64,000 nucleotides of DNA from an uncultured Acidobacteriota bacterium. GTDB lineage: Bacteria; Acidobacteriota; Thermoanaerobaculia; Multivoradales; UBA5704. Within the stretch, counting starts at the first letter, position 1, and each line of letters opens with the position of its first letter. The notes beneath the pieces are model-generated. The model searched no databases and had not been told where the DNA came from. It saw only the letters and a list, made by a program, of their open reading frames with translations. The DNA lies in the NCBI GenBank assembly GCA_963770895.1, contig CAVYRF010000002.1:4960001-5024000 (forward strand), given 5' to 3'. A program made the position numbers and the translations under genes. This document shows, piece by piece, positions 37,202 through 47,137 of this stretch.

Positions 37202-39133
37202 ATGCCGCGCCCCGCAGTCCTGGTCGTCCATCCCGATGCCGGCCTCCGCAAGGAGCTGGCGCGCGGCCTCGCCTCGCTGGGCTACGAGGTGATCCCGGCG
37301 CTCGACGAAGCCCAGGGCCGGCGCTTCGCCGAAGAGCTGGCGCCGGCGGTCGTCGTGGCGCCGCTCGGGTTTTTCGCCGTGCCGCTGCCGCCCGCCGGCG
37401 CCACCGGCGCCGGCCGCACCCTGCTGCTGCTGGGCGAGCGCGAGGAGGACGGCCAGGACCTGCCGCAGGAGGTCAGCTACCTGGCGACCGGCGGTCTGGC
37501 CGCCGCCGACCTGGTCCACCGCGTGCACGTGCTGCTGCTCGGCCGCGAGGTGGGCGTCGAAGCGGACGCGCGGCTCGAAGCGCTGGTCGGCGACCTGGCG
37601 CTGCTGCCGTTTTTGGAGCTGCTGCGCGCCCTGCACCGCGCCGAGCTGTCGGGGCGGCTCATCCACGCCGCCGGCGAGGTGACGCTGGTGGGCGGCCAGG
37701 CGACGGACGCCGCCGCCGGCCCGACCCGCGGCGTCAAGGCCTTTTGCCGCCTCAGCCACCTGGCTTCGGGGGCGGTGCGCGTGGTGCCGGCGGCGGCCGA
37801 CGACGAATCCGCCCTGGGCCGCGCCGGCGGCGGCGAGCGCGCCATCGGGCTGGACCTCAAGGCGCTGATCATCCGCGCGCTGGAAGACAAGGTGCACGAC
37901 GCTCCGGACGGCGACGCCCGCCTGCGCCTGGCGATCGGCCGCGACTTTTTCGCGCGCAGCTTCACGCCCCTCCAGCAGGAGGTGATCGCCGCGATCCCGG
38001 CCGCCCAGCAGGTCGGCCGCCTGCTCGACGCCCTGCCGGCCACCGACGGCGAGATCGTGCGCGCCCTGCGCGAGCTGGAGCAGGCCGGGGTGGTGGTGGT
38101 CGAGGAGGCGCAGCAGGGGACGGTGCAGGTGGTGACCGACTCGACCTGCGATCTGCCGGCCGACCTGGCGCGCGCCCACGGCATCCAGATCGTGCCCCTG
38201 CTGGTGATCTTCGGCGACCGCATCTTCCACGACGGCGTGGACCTGGCGGCGCGCGAGTTCTACGACAAGCTGCAGAGCGGACCCGGCTCGCCGCGGACCA
38301 ACCCGCCGCCGCGCGCCGACTTCCTGAAGGTCTATCGCGAGGCGGCGGCCCACCGCGACATCTTTTCGCTGCACCTGTCCGAGAAGCTGTCGCAGACCGT
38401 CGTCAACGCCCGCGCCGTCGCCGCCGAAGCGCGGCCGATGCTGGCCGCCCAGCGCCCCGCCGGCGAGCCGCCGCTGGCGCTGGAGGTGGCGGACGGCGCC
38501 AGCATCAGCCTGGGGCTGGGCCTGCAAGCGCTGTTCGCGGCGCGCATGGCACGGCGCGGCGTCGCCTTGGAGGCGATCGGCCGCCGCATCGACGCGATGC
38601 GCAACCGGCTCCACCTGCTGTTCGTGGTCGACACCCTCGAATACCTGGTGCGCGGCGGCCGCATCGGCAAGGCGCGCGCGGTGGTCGGCAAGGTGCTCGG
38701 CGTCAAGCCGATCCTGGGCGTCGTCGACGGCGAGGTGGTGGCGGTGGACCGGGTGCGCGGCGGCCGCGCGGCCCACCCGCGGCTGGTCGAGCTGTTCGCC
38801 CAACGCATCGATCCGGCGCGGCCGGTGGTGGTGGCGATCGGCCACGGCAAGGCGCCGATCTGGGCCGACCGCCTGCGCGCCCTTCTGCAACAGCGCTTTG
38901 TGGTCGCGGAGCTGCTGGTGGGCGAAATCGGCCCGGTGGTGGGCACCCACGCGGGGCCGGGGGCCGTGGGCGCCGCGCTGTTCCAACCAACCGCCGAGGA
39001 GCTGCCGCTGATCGCCCCGCTCGCCGGCGCCGGTGTCGACGCCGGCGCCGAAAGCGCGGCCGGCGCCGGTGGATCGACGCGCAGCGAGGATCGCTCTACA
39101 CTGCTCTCAGGGGCGGAAGCACGGAAGGACTGA
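37202..39133 (+). CDS. DegV/FakB fatty-acid-binding protein fused to N-terminal receiver-like and DUF4388-like domains
   Basis: C-terminal VVTDSTCDLP, IVPL, LSEKLSQT, LVRGGRIG, VKPIL, GPVVGTHAGP; N-terminal VLVVHPD..RKELARGLASLGYEV and GDLALLPFLELLRAL...SGRL. Confidence 0.85.
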   Translation: MPRPAVLVVHPDAGLRKELARGLASLGYEVIPALDEAQGRRFAEELAPAVVVAPLGFFAVPLPPAGATGAGRTLLLLGEREEDGQDLPQEVSYLATGGLAAADLVHRVHVLLLGREVGVEADARLEALVGDLALLPFLELLRALHRAELSGRLIHAAGEVTLVGGQATDAAAGPTRGVKAFCRLSHLASGAVRVVPAAADDESALGRAGGGERAIGLDLKALIIRALEDKVHDAPDGDARLRLAIGRDFFARSFTPLQQEVIAAIPAAQQVGRLLDALPATDGEIVRALRELEQAGVVVVEEAQQGTVQVVTDSTCDLPADLARAHGIQIVPLLVIFGDRIFHDGVDLAAREFYDKLQSGPGSPRTNPPPRADFLKVYREAAAHRDIFSLHLSEKLSQTVVNARAVAAEARPMLAAQRPAGEPPLALEVADGASISLGLGLQALFAARMARRGVALEAIGRRIDAMRNRLHLLFVVDTLEYLVRGGRIGKARAVVGKVLGVKPILGVVDGEVVAVDRVRGGRAAHPRLVELFAQRIDPARPVVVAIGHGKAPIWADRLRALLQQRFVVAELLVGEIGPVVGTHAGPGAVGAALFQPTAEELPLIAPLAGAGVDAGAESAAGAGGSTRSEDRSTLLSGAEARKD

Positions 39134-39164
39134 AACCAGCACCACCGACCGGGAGGTCCCGCGC

Positions 39165-39632
39165 ATGTCCGACGAGCGAAAATACCGCCACCGCGGCTAC
39201 CAGGATTCGGGCGACAGCAGATCGTCGTCGGCGCCGCGCGGGTCGCAGCCGCCGCGTCCCAAGCCGGACGGTCCGCGCGGGCGTGGGCTGGGCGCGCCGA
39301 CCGAGGCGGTGTTCCGCTGCGCCGTCTGCGGCGCCAAGCGGCAGGTGTCGCTGGAGCCGGGCCATGCCGACTTCCCGGCCGTGGATGCCACCTGCGGCGG
39401 CTGCGGCACGGCGCTGCACAGCTGCACCCATTGCATCCAGTTCGACTCCGCCGTCCATTGGGAATGCCGGCGCGCGGCGGACCTGCCGGCGCGCGTCGCC
39501 AAAAAGAACGCCGCCAACGACTGCGCGCTGTGGGTGCCCAAGACGGCGCAGGAGTTCGGCGCCGACCGCGACCGCCCGGCGGCGCCGAGCAACGATCCGC
39601 GCGCGGCATTCGACGCGCTGTTCAAGATCTGA
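39165..39632 (+). CDS. Hypothetical Cys-rich (Zn-ribbon-like) protein
   Basis: RBS GGAGG; CAVC, CGGC..LHSCTHC, WEC, NDC; ends DPRAAFDALFKI. Confidence 0.75.
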   Translation: MSDERKYRHRGYQDSGDSRSSSAPRGSQPPRPKPDGPRGRGLGAPTEAVFRCAVCGAKRQVSLEPGHADFPAVDATCGGCGTALHSCTHCIQFDSAVHWECRRAADLPARVAKKNAANDCALWVPKTAQEFGADRDRPAAPSNDPRAAFDALFKI

Positions 39633-39656
39633 GCGCGCCGCGGGCCCTTGGCTGAG

Positions 39657-40082
39657 ATGGCGGTGATTCCGATCGACGAACAGCTGGCGTTGCCCGACGA
39701 GGCGCTGACCTTCGTCACCTCGCGCAGCGGCGGTCCGGGCGGCCAGAACGTCAACAAGCTGGAAACCCGCGTCACGGTGCGCCTGGACCTGGCGACCCCG
39801 GCGCTCGCTCCGGAGCAGCGCGACCGCCTGCGCGAGCGCCTGGCGACGCGCGTCACCCGCGCCGGCGTCCTGCAGGTCACGTCGCAGCGCCACCGCACCC
39901 AGGCCGCCAACCGCGACGCGGCGATCGCCCGCCTGGTCGAGCTGGTGCGCGAAGCGCTGATCGAGGCGACGCCGCGCCGTGCCACCCGCCCCAGCCGCGC
40001 CGCCAAGGCGCGCCGCGTGCAGGCCAAGCGCCAGCGATCCCAACGCAAACGCCATCGCGCCGCGCCCGGCCTGGACGACTGA
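39657..40082 (+). CDS. arfB: Alternative ribosome rescue peptidyl-tRNA hydrolase ArfB
   Basis: SRSGGPGGQNVNK, RTQAANR, basic C-terminal tail. Confidence 0.93.
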   Translation: MAVIPIDEQLALPDEALTFVTSRSGGPGGQNVNKLETRVTVRLDLATPALAPEQRDRLRERLATRVTRAGVLQVTSQRHRTQAANRDAAIARLVELVREALIEATPRRATRPSRAAKARRVQAKRQRSQRKRHRAAPGLDD

Positions 40083-40098
40083 CCCCGGCGCTTCAGCT

Positions 40099-40767
40099 TC
40101 AGCGGCGGGCGGCCCCGCTCTGGCGATCGGCGCGCAGCACCGCAACCGGCACGCCGTTATAGCGGTCGCTGTCCTGGTCGTTCTTTTCGGCCGCCGGTCC
40201 GGGATTTTGCGAACCGGCCTGGATGGTGATCCGGCCGCTCGCCAGGCCGGGTTTCATCTTGTATTGGTCGCTGGTCGTATACGAGATCTGGCCGAGGCCG
40301 TTGCCGCCCGCGGCGTTGACGCTGACCAGCGCCCAGTTGGGGCCGGTGCGCACCAGGCTGAGGTTCTTGCCGCCCGCGGCGACGGTGAAGCGGGCGTTGA
40401 CAGGCACTTCCTGGCCGGAGCCGTTGACGATGCCGGTACCGACCAGCGAGATCTTGATCTGCTCGCCGAGGTGAGCGGGCACGGTGGCGCCGATCGCGAA
40501 GTCGCCGCTGGTGGGGCCGTTCTGGCTCTGCACCCGCGCTTTCAGGGTGATCACCTCCAGCGGTGCCGCGAGCGCGGCGGGCGGCGCCGCCAGCACGACG
40601 GTGAGAGCGAAGGCGAACGCGAGCCCGCCGAGCGCTGGCAGCACACCGCGCGCGAGGGTCGCCGCGCGCTGGCCGGAGCCCGCCTGACGGCGCGCGCAGC
40701 CCGTCCTGGATGCAACGCCGGAAACGGCCTGGTGGGCGATCTGTGGTGCGGTACTGGGTGCGGTCAT
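40099..40767 (-). CDS. Hypothetical exported protein
   Basis: RBS GGGAGG; hydrophobic signal/TM followed by a beta-rich domain. Confidence 0.65.
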   Translation of the reverse strand: MTAPSTAPQIAHQAVSGVASRTGCARRQAGSGQRAATLARGVLPALGGLAFAFALTVVLAAPPAALAAPLEVITLKARVQSQNGPTSGDFAIGATVPAHLGEQIKISLVGTGIVNGSGQEVPVNARFTVAAGGKNLSLVRTGPNWALVSVNAAGGNGLGQISYTTSDQYKMKPGLASGRITIQAGSQNPGPAAEKNDQDSDRYNGVPVAVLRADRQSGAARR

Positions 40768-40856
40768 GGATTCCTCCCTGGTGGCCGGCTGCGGTTGAGG
40801 TGAGGCGATCTCTGCGCGTCGGCGGAGCCATGTGGCGCCGGCCCGCAGCTGCCAAC

Positions 40857-40873
40857 TGCAAGCCGCCCGCCAG
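40857..40873 (-). promoter_or_regulatory. Putative sigma54 promoter
   Basis: Minus strand CTGGCGGGCGGCTTGCA (GG-N10-GC with TTGCA), about 90 bp upstream of the ATG at 40767. Confidence 0.4.
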
Positions 40874-40956
40874 ACCGCGGTCGCGGCAAGGCCGAAGGAG
40901 TGGAGCGGGCCGCGATCCAGGCACGCAGGCGAGCGAGGCCGCCGCTCGCGGGCGGC

Positions 40957-41772
40957 CTATTCGATGGGGAACGGCACGGCCGCGGGGGGCGTCTGCGGCG
41001 GCTGCAGGTCGAGGGCTTCCAGCGCCTCGACCAGGATCGTGGCCACGACCAGGTTGCGGTACCACTTCTTGTTGGCCGGCACCACGTACCAGGGGGCGTG
41101 CCGCGTCGAAGTGCGGCGGATGGCCTCCTGGTAGGCCGCCATGTAGTCGTCCCACTGGCGGCGGTCGCGCAGATCGTCAGGGCTCAGCTTCCACCGCTTC
41201 GCCGGATCGTCGAGACGGGCGCGCAGGCGCTTTTTCTGTTCGTCGCGGTCGATGTGCAGGAAGAATTTGAGGACGGTCGTTCCGGATTCCACCAACAGAC
41301 GTTCGAAGTCGTTGATCTGGTCGAAGCGCGGCTTCCAGACCTCGCGCGGCACCAGGCCCTCGACGCGCGCCACCAGCACGTCTTCGTAGTGGCTGCGGTT
41401 GAAGATGACCATTTCGCCGGCGGCCGGCACCTTGGCGTGGATGCGCCACAGGAAATCGTGGTCGCGCTCCTCGGCGCTGGGCGCCTTCCAGGCTGCGGCG
41501 CGCGTGCCGAGCGGATTGACGCCGGCGAAGACGTGCGAGATGGTGCCGTCCTTGCCGCTGGTGTCCATGCCCTGCAGGATCACCAGGAGCCGCCGCTGGT
41601 GCTCCGCCCACAGCAGGTTCTGCAGGTCGTGCAGCCGCGCGCCCAGGGCGGCCAGACGTTTTTCGGTGCCGGCCTTGCCCTGCTTGGTGCCGCTGGCTCC
41701 AGTCGTCGCGCCGGCGTCGACCGCCGCAAGGCGGAACTTGCTGCCCGGTGCCACCCCATAGCGCTTCCTCAC
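40957..41772 (-). CDS. ppk2: Polyphosphate kinase 2 family protein
   Basis: LQGMDTSGKDG, HDFLWR, FNRSHYEDVL, KFFLHI, APWYVVPANKKWYRN. Confidence 0.92.
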   Translation of the reverse strand: MRKRYGVAPGSKFRLAAVDAGATTGASGTKQGKAGTEKRLAALGARLHDLQNLLWAEHQRRLLVILQGMDTSGKDGTISHVFAGVNPLGTRAAAWKAPSAEERDHDFLWRIHAKVPAAGEMVIFNRSHYEDVLVARVEGLVPREVWKPRFDQINDFERLLVESGTTVLKFFLHIDRDEQKKRLRARLDDPAKRWKLSPDDLRDRRQWDDYMAAYQEAIRRTSTRHAPWYVVPANKKWYRNLVVATILVEALEALDLQPPQTPPAAVPFPIE

Positions 41773-41907
41773 CGCGGGCTCCTTCCCGTAAATCAAGCAG
41801 CCAAAGGGTATCACGCGTGCGGAAGGGCGCTTTCCCCAGCCGGGAAGAGCGCCGTAGCGGCGTTTGTTGTAATGAGCGGCGGTGGACCGCCCGAAAGGAG
41901 CCTCAGC

Positions 41908-42399
41908 ATGCAACAGGGTCACGACTCACTCCGCTTGGACGACCAGGGGATCGTGCTCGCCTGCCCGGCTTGCGGCAAGTCCAACCGGCTGCGCTTTGCC
42001 CGCCTCGACCAGCCGGCGCGCTGCGGTGCCTGCGGCGGCGCCCTGGGCCTGCCGCCGCGGCCCGTGGCTGTGGATGGCGGCGCACCCCTGGGGGCGCTGC
42101 TGGGGCACGCGACGGTGCCGGTGCTGGTGGACTTCTGGGCCCCATGGTGCGGCCCCTGCCGCAGCATGGCGCCCGAGCTCGAAAAGGTAGCGGCCCGCCA
42201 GGCCGGGCGCGTGCTGGTCGTCAAAAGCAATACCGAGATCGACCCCGCCGTGGGCAGCGCCCACCGCATCTCGGCGCTGCCGACCCTGGTGCTGTTCAAG
42301 AGCGGCCGCGAGGTCGCCCGCACCAGCGGCGCGCGACCCGCCGCGGCGATTGAAAGCTTCCTCGGCGACGCCCTGGCGCGGCCTGGCTTTGCCGCCTGA
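41908..42399 (+). CDS. trxC: Thioredoxin 2 with N-terminal Zn finger
   Basis: CPAC..NR...CGAC; VDFWAPWCGPC; RBS AAGGAG. Confidence 0.92.
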   Translation: MQQGHDSLRLDDQGIVLACPACGKSNRLRFARLDQPARCGACGGALGLPPRPVAVDGGAPLGALLGHATVPVLVDFWAPWCGPCRSMAPELEKVAARQAGRVLVVKSNTEIDPAVGSAHRISALPTLVLFKSGREVARTSGARPAAAIESFLGDALARPGFAA

Positions 42400-42619
42400 T
42401 CCGGCGGGCGGTGGCGCGGGGCGCCACCAGGTAGTGAGCTTTTTCACCTATGGAGCATCATCTGGCACATCCTGGTGCACCAAATCGCCCGCTTCGCTGC
42501 TATGCTATGAACCGCTTCGCTCGCCACCTTGACCGCATGAATGCGCGTCCGGGCGCGCCGCGACCCGAGCGGCGACCCGTTGGGCGAAGCGCGCGCCAAA
42601 CCAATCACGGAGAACGAGT

Positions 42620-45256
42620 GTGACCGAAGCGACACCCCGCCGCGTCAATTGGCTCAATGTCATCTTTCTGATGGGCACTCTGCTTGGGGCTGTCGTATCC
42701 GTCCCCTGGTATCTCATCACCCACGGGTTCGGCTGGCCGGAGTGGCTGACGTTCTTCGGACTGTGGCTGGCGGTCGGCATCTCGGTCACCGGCGGTTACC
42801 ATCGCCTGTTCGCCCATCGCACCTACCGCGCGGCCTGGCCGGTGCGGCTGTTCTATCTCATCTTCGGTGCCGCGGCGCTGGAAAATTCGGCCGTCAACTG
42901 GACGGGCGATCACCGCATCCACCACTCCAACGTCGATCACGACCGCGACCCCTACAACATCCAGAAGGGTTTCTGGTGGGCGCACATGGGGTGGATCTTC
43001 TTCGACAACGAACCGGTGCCGCCGACGGTGGTGCGCGACCTGCTGGAAGACCCGCTGGTGCGCTGGCAGGCCAAATGGTACGGGGTGATCGGGCTGGGGG
43101 TCACCATCCTCATCCCGCTGCTCGTCGGTTTGGCGACGCATCGCGTGCTCGGGTGCCTGCTCGTCGGCAGCCTGCTGCGGGTGGTGGTCAGCCATCACGG
43201 CACCTTCTTCATCAACAGCGCCTGCCACATGGTGGGGCGCCAGCCCTACAGCCGCGAGCACAGCGCTCGCGACAGCGGGGTGATGGCGGTGCTGGCCTTT
43301 GGCGAGGGCTATCACAACTACCACCACAGCTTCCCGTTCGACTATCGCAACGGCATCAAGCGCTGGCACTTCGACCCCGCCAAGTGGGCGATCTACTGCC
43401 TGTCGAAGATCGGCCTGGCCCGCGACCTGCGGCGGGCGACCGACGCGACCGTGCTCAAGGCACGCATCGACGTGCAGTTCGAGCGCGCCAAGGAGAAGCT
43501 CGACAAGGTGGTGGCCGAGGCGCGCGACGACTCGCATCAGCGCCTGCATGAGATCTACGGCCGCCTGCAGGCGGCGTTGCACGAGATCGTGGCGTTGCAG
43601 CGCAACCGCCGCCCGACCGCCCCGGTGGCCCTGCCCGTCGCGCAGGCCGCGGAAACCCCCGAAAGCCGCATCGGCGCCCTGCACCGCTCGGTGGAGCAGG
43701 AGCTGCGCGAATGGAAGCAGGCGCTGCGGCAGATGCGCCGCCTGCCCACGATGTCCACCGCCTCGCTGGTGACGTTCCTGCTGGTGCCGCTCGCCCTGCT
43801 GGCGCTCGGCGCGGCGGGCTCGGGCGGTGCCGCCTGGGCGCAGGGTACCCGCGTGGGACCGGCGCCGACCGGCCCGGCGCCCCAGGGCGCCATGCCCTCG
43901 CCGACCGCGCAGCAGCTGCCCGACGACGTCGAAGACACCGCTGCGGCGCTGCGTGACGCGTCGCTCAAAGGGACCAAGGCCTACACCATCGTCCAGTCGC
44001 TCACCACCGAGGTGGGCCCGCGGCCGGCGGGTTCCGCAGGCCTCGCCACGGCGGTCGCCTGGGGGGTCCGCACCCTCAAGGATTTCGGCTTCAGCAACGT
44101 GCATACCGAAAAGGTGATGGTGCCGCACTGGGTGCGCGGGCAGGAATCGGGTGAGATCGTCGCGCCGTACCCGCAGCGGGTCGCGCTGGCCGCCCTGGGC
44201 GGCAGCGTCGGCACGGTCGCCGCCGGCATCCAGGCGCCGGTGGTCATGGCGGCCAGCCTTGACGATCTCGACAAGCTGCCGCCTGCCCAGGTCAAGGGCA
44301 GCATCGTGTTCCTCAACGTCACGACCGACCGGACCCGCGACGGCTCGGGCTACGGCAAGGCGGTGCCGGCCCGCGCCCTGGGCGCCGTGCACGCCGCCAA
44401 GCTGGGCGCCGTGGCCGTGCTGGTGCGCTCGATCGGCACCGACCAGAACCGCCTGCCGCACACCGGCGCCATGCACTACCAGGACGGCGTCGCCAAGATC
44501 CCGGCCGCCGCCCTGTCGATCCCCGATGCCGACCTGCTGGTCGCCGAGCTGGCCAGCGGCAAGCCGGTTCGCTTCCTGCTCAAGTTGGGTGCCAAGACGC
44601 TGCCGCAGGTCCAGGCGGCCAACGTGATCGGCGACATCCCGGGCACCGACAAGGCCAATGAAATCGTCCTGCTGGGCGCCCATCTCGATTCGTGGGACCT
44701 GGGCACCGGCGCCATCGACGACGGCGCGGGTTGCGCCATCGTGATCGAGGCGGCGCGCCGCATCGGCGAGCTGAAAACGCACCCGCATCGCACCATCCGC
44801 GTCGTGCTCTTCGCCAACGAGGAGTTCGGCCTGTCGGGTGCCGAGGCCTACGCCAAGGACCATGCCGCGGAACTGCCGCGGCACGTCGTGGCGCTCGAAT
44901 CCGACCTGGGTTCCGGGCGGGTGTGGCGCATCGAATCGCGGGTGACGCTGGAGTCGATGGGGTGGGTGCACGACATGGCGCGCCTGGTCTTCCCGATCGG
45001 CGCCGTGTCCGGCACCAACGAGGGCGATGGCGGCGCGGATCTGGAGCCGATGCAGCGCTCGGGCGTGCCCATCCTGTCGTTGATGCAGGACGCCACGCAG
45101 TATTTCGACTACCACCACACCGCCAACGACACGCTCGACAAGATCAACCCCAAGGACCTGGACTACAACGTCGCAGCCTGGACGGCGGTCGCCTACGCCA
45201 GCGCCGACATGCCGGGCGACTACGGCCGCGTGGTGTTCCCGACTCCTCGGTCGTAG
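42620..45256 (+). CDS. Single ORF: delta-9-type fatty acid desaturase (about aa 1-371) fused in frame to a secreted M28 (carboxypeptidase Q-like) peptidase
   Basis: His boxes YHRLFAH, HRIHH, GEGYHNYHH; then from the ATG at 43733 a signal-like segment and GAHLDSWDLGTGAIDDGAG, FANEEFGL, YHHTANDTLDKI. Confidence 0.85.
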   Translation: MTEATPRRVNWLNVIFLMGTLLGAVVSVPWYLITHGFGWPEWLTFFGLWLAVGISVTGGYHRLFAHRTYRAAWPVRLFYLIFGAAALENSAVNWTGDHRIHHSNVDHDRDPYNIQKGFWWAHMGWIFFDNEPVPPTVVRDLLEDPLVRWQAKWYGVIGLGVTILIPLLVGLATHRVLGCLLVGSLLRVVVSHHGTFFINSACHMVGRQPYSREHSARDSGVMAVLAFGEGYHNYHHSFPFDYRNGIKRWHFDPAKWAIYCLSKIGLARDLRRATDATVLKARIDVQFERAKEKLDKVVAEARDDSHQRLHEIYGRLQAALHEIVALQRNRRPTAPVALPVAQAAETPESRIGALHRSVEQELREWKQALRQMRRLPTMSTASLVTFLLVPLALLALGAAGSGGAAWAQGTRVGPAPTGPAPQGAMPSPTAQQLPDDVEDTAAALRDASLKGTKAYTIVQSLTTEVGPRPAGSAGLATAVAWGVRTLKDFGFSNVHTEKVMVPHWVRGQESGEIVAPYPQRVALAALGGSVGTVAAGIQAPVVMAASLDDLDKLPPAQVKGSIVFLNVTTDRTRDGSGYGKAVPARALGAVHAAKLGAVAVLVRSIGTDQNRLPHTGAMHYQDGVAKIPAAALSIPDADLLVAELASGKPVRFLLKLGAKTLPQVQAANVIGDIPGTDKANEIVLLGAHLDSWDLGTGAIDDGAGCAIVIEAARRIGELKTHPHRTIRVVLFANEEFGLSGAEAYAKDHAAELPRHVVALESDLGSGRVWRIESRVTLESMGWVHDMARLVFPIGAVSGTNEGDGGADLEPMQRSGVPILSLMQDATQYFDYHHTANDTLDKINPKDLDYNVAAWTAVAYASADMPGDYGRVVFPTPRS

Positions 45257-45432
45257 CGCTCCGCGCCTCAGCGCACACATAGTAGGGAGAGAACCCGGTA
45301 CCGGCATCGGTGCCCACCCAGGCTGTCCTGGGCGGGCTCGAACCGGGGCCGGGTGTCGCGGGACTCCACTCCCCTGGGCGCCGCCGCGGCGCCGGGAGCC
45401 TTGACTACGATCTTTCGCATGAGGATTTTGCA

Positions 45433-45804
45433 ATGAGCGAGCTACCGCAGAAGCTGACCAAGGACCAACACATCATCGTGAGCCTGCGCCCCGAGCCGAC
45501 CGTTTCGGCGCTCAAGGCGGCCATCGATCGCGGCTACGTGCACATCAAGTTCACCGAAACGCGCGGTGGCACCGAGCTGGGCATCCCGGTCGACACCTCG
45601 CGCAGCGACTTCTCGCACGCCGACTTCACCCAGGGCACCGGCGAGTTCACTTTGGCCGGTGAGCTGACCTTGGACTACGTGCGGGTGCGTTTCGAAGGCA
45701 AGGTGGACCTGGCGTCGATGCAGGGCACCGGGCACCTCGTGATCCTGCAGGACCCGGCGCAGGAGGCGACGGCCCCCGAGGCGCCGCCTGCCTCGGCGTC
45801 GTAG
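45433..45804 (+). CDS. Conserved small protein of the type often annotated 'MbtH domain protein'; lacks the canonical MbtH Trp motifs
   Basis: IDRGYVHIKFTETRGGTELG...ADF..GTG...LTLDYVRVR; RBS GAGGA. Confidence 0.7.
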   Translation: MSELPQKLTKDQHIIVSLRPEPTVSALKAAIDRGYVHIKFTETRGGTELGIPVDTSRSDFSHADFTQGTGEFTLAGELTLDYVRVRFEGKVDLASMQGTGHLVILQDPAQEATAPEAPPASAS

Positions 45805-45871
45805 CGGCCCCATCCCGAGCCAGCCTCGCGCGCGCCTCGCGTGCGCCCCCCCGCCGTTCTGCGGCCCGGCC

Positions 45872-46654
45872 TCAGGCGGTGGCGGGGGGCGCCGCGGCGG
45901 CGCTGCGCAGCAGCATCTCTTCGGCCAGCAGCTGGTAGGCGGCCGCGCCGGTCGCGGCCGGATCGAACTGGAAGATGGTCTGGCCGGCGCGCGGTGCCTC
46001 GGCCAGGCGCGTGTTGATGCGGATCTCGATCGCAAAGACCAGGCTGCCCAGCTCGGCGCGGATCTCGTCCACGGTCTGGCGGGTGGCGCGCGTGCGGTAA
46101 TCCACCATGGTCAGCAGCACGCCCAGCGGGCGCACCCGCACGCCCGCGTCCCAGGCGATCCGCTGCGCCGCGGCAATCGCGTTGTGCACCCCCGACGCCG
46201 CCAGGAACTGCGGCACGACCGGCACCAGGAACGCGTCCGCGGCAACCACCGCGTTGATCGGCAGCAGCGACAGCGACGAAGGGCAATCCAAAAAAATGAA
46301 GTCGTAGGCGCCGGCCAGCGGTGCCAGGAGCGAGCGCAACCGCAGCTCCCTCTGGCGCAGGCGCGCCAGCTCCGCATCGGCGTGAATCAGGTCGATCGAG
46401 GCGGTGATCAGCGACAGCCCGGCGATGGCCGTGGCCCGCACCGCATCGGCGGCAGGGGTGCCCGCCAGGATCACGTCGGCGGACGAAGGCGCCAGCGCCG
46501 CGCGGTCCACGCCCAGCGACAGCGACGCCGACGCCTGGCTGTCCAGGTCCACCAGCAGCACCCGCTTGCCGCGCTGGGCGAGCGCCGCCGACAGGTTGAC
46601 CGCCGTGGTCGTTTTGCCAACCCCGCCCTTGCGGCTGATGATCGAGACGATCAC
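45872..46654 (-). CDS. ParA/Soj family ATPase, no adjacent parB
   Basis: KGGVGKTTTAVNL, LLVDLDSQ, YDFIFLDCP, RLAEAP. Confidence 0.92.
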   Translation of the reverse strand: MIVSIISRKGGVGKTTTAVNLSAALAQRGKRVLLVDLDSQASASLSLGVDRAALAPSSADVILAGTPAADAVRATAIAGLSLITASIDLIHADAELARLRQRELRLRSLLAPLAGAYDFIFLDCPSSLSLLPINAVVAADAFLVPVVPQFLAASGVHNAIAAAQRIAWDAGVRVRPLGVLLTMVDYRTRATRQTVDEIRAELGSLVFAIEIRINTRLAEAPRAGQTIFQFDPAATGAAAYQLLAEEMLLRSAAAAPPATA

Positions 46655-46895
46655 GCGGCGGGAATCTACCTCACAGCACCCGTCCGCGAGTAGCCTCGCC
46701 CGAAAATCGTCCCCCCGGCGCCCGTCGCGGCGACAGGCAGGAGCCGCTTGTCAGGGTTTCTCCTACGTGGGCGCTGCGGCGGGGACCACGTTCTTATTGG
46801 CGGGGCGCCGATGGCCCCTGCGGGCAAAACGCCGCAGACTCGGGACTCAGGGCCAGGGTGCACCGGCATCTGGGCGGCCCCAGGGGGGACAGAGG

Positions 46896-47093
46896 GTGGA
46901 ACCGCGACGGAGCAGCCGCAGGGCAACTGGCGACCTGGTGTTCGATCCCGCGCTCTATCAGCTGGTCATCGCCACGGGCGCGCTGCTGGATCGCCTGCTG
47001 TGCGGCCACGCTTCGCCCATCGATGCCGAGGCGGCGGCGCCCGCCGCGGCCAGCGCCGCTCAGAACCGTCCGCCGCCGCCGAGACGAACCTGA
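46896..47093 (+). CDS. Possible small hypothetical protein
   Basis: GTG after a purine-rich tract; protein-like core DLVFDPALYQLVIATGALLDRLL. Confidence 0.3.
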   Translation: MEPRRSSRRATGDLVFDPALYQLVIATGALLDRLLCGHASPIDAEAAAPAAASAAQNRPPPPRRT

Positions 47094-47137
47094 CGCGACC
47101 GGCGGGGCCTTGGACGCCCGCTTGGCCCGCGCGGGGT

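Noticed and set aside
45872-46654. ParA as a sign of a plasmid or replication origin
   Set aside because: No parB, parS or rep nearby; the window carries core chromosomal genes.
46810-46890. GGGCAAAAC...GGGAC resemblance to a c-di-GMP-I riboswitch
   Set aside because: Lacks the GNRA tetraloop stem and the GCAAAG core; pairing unconvincing.
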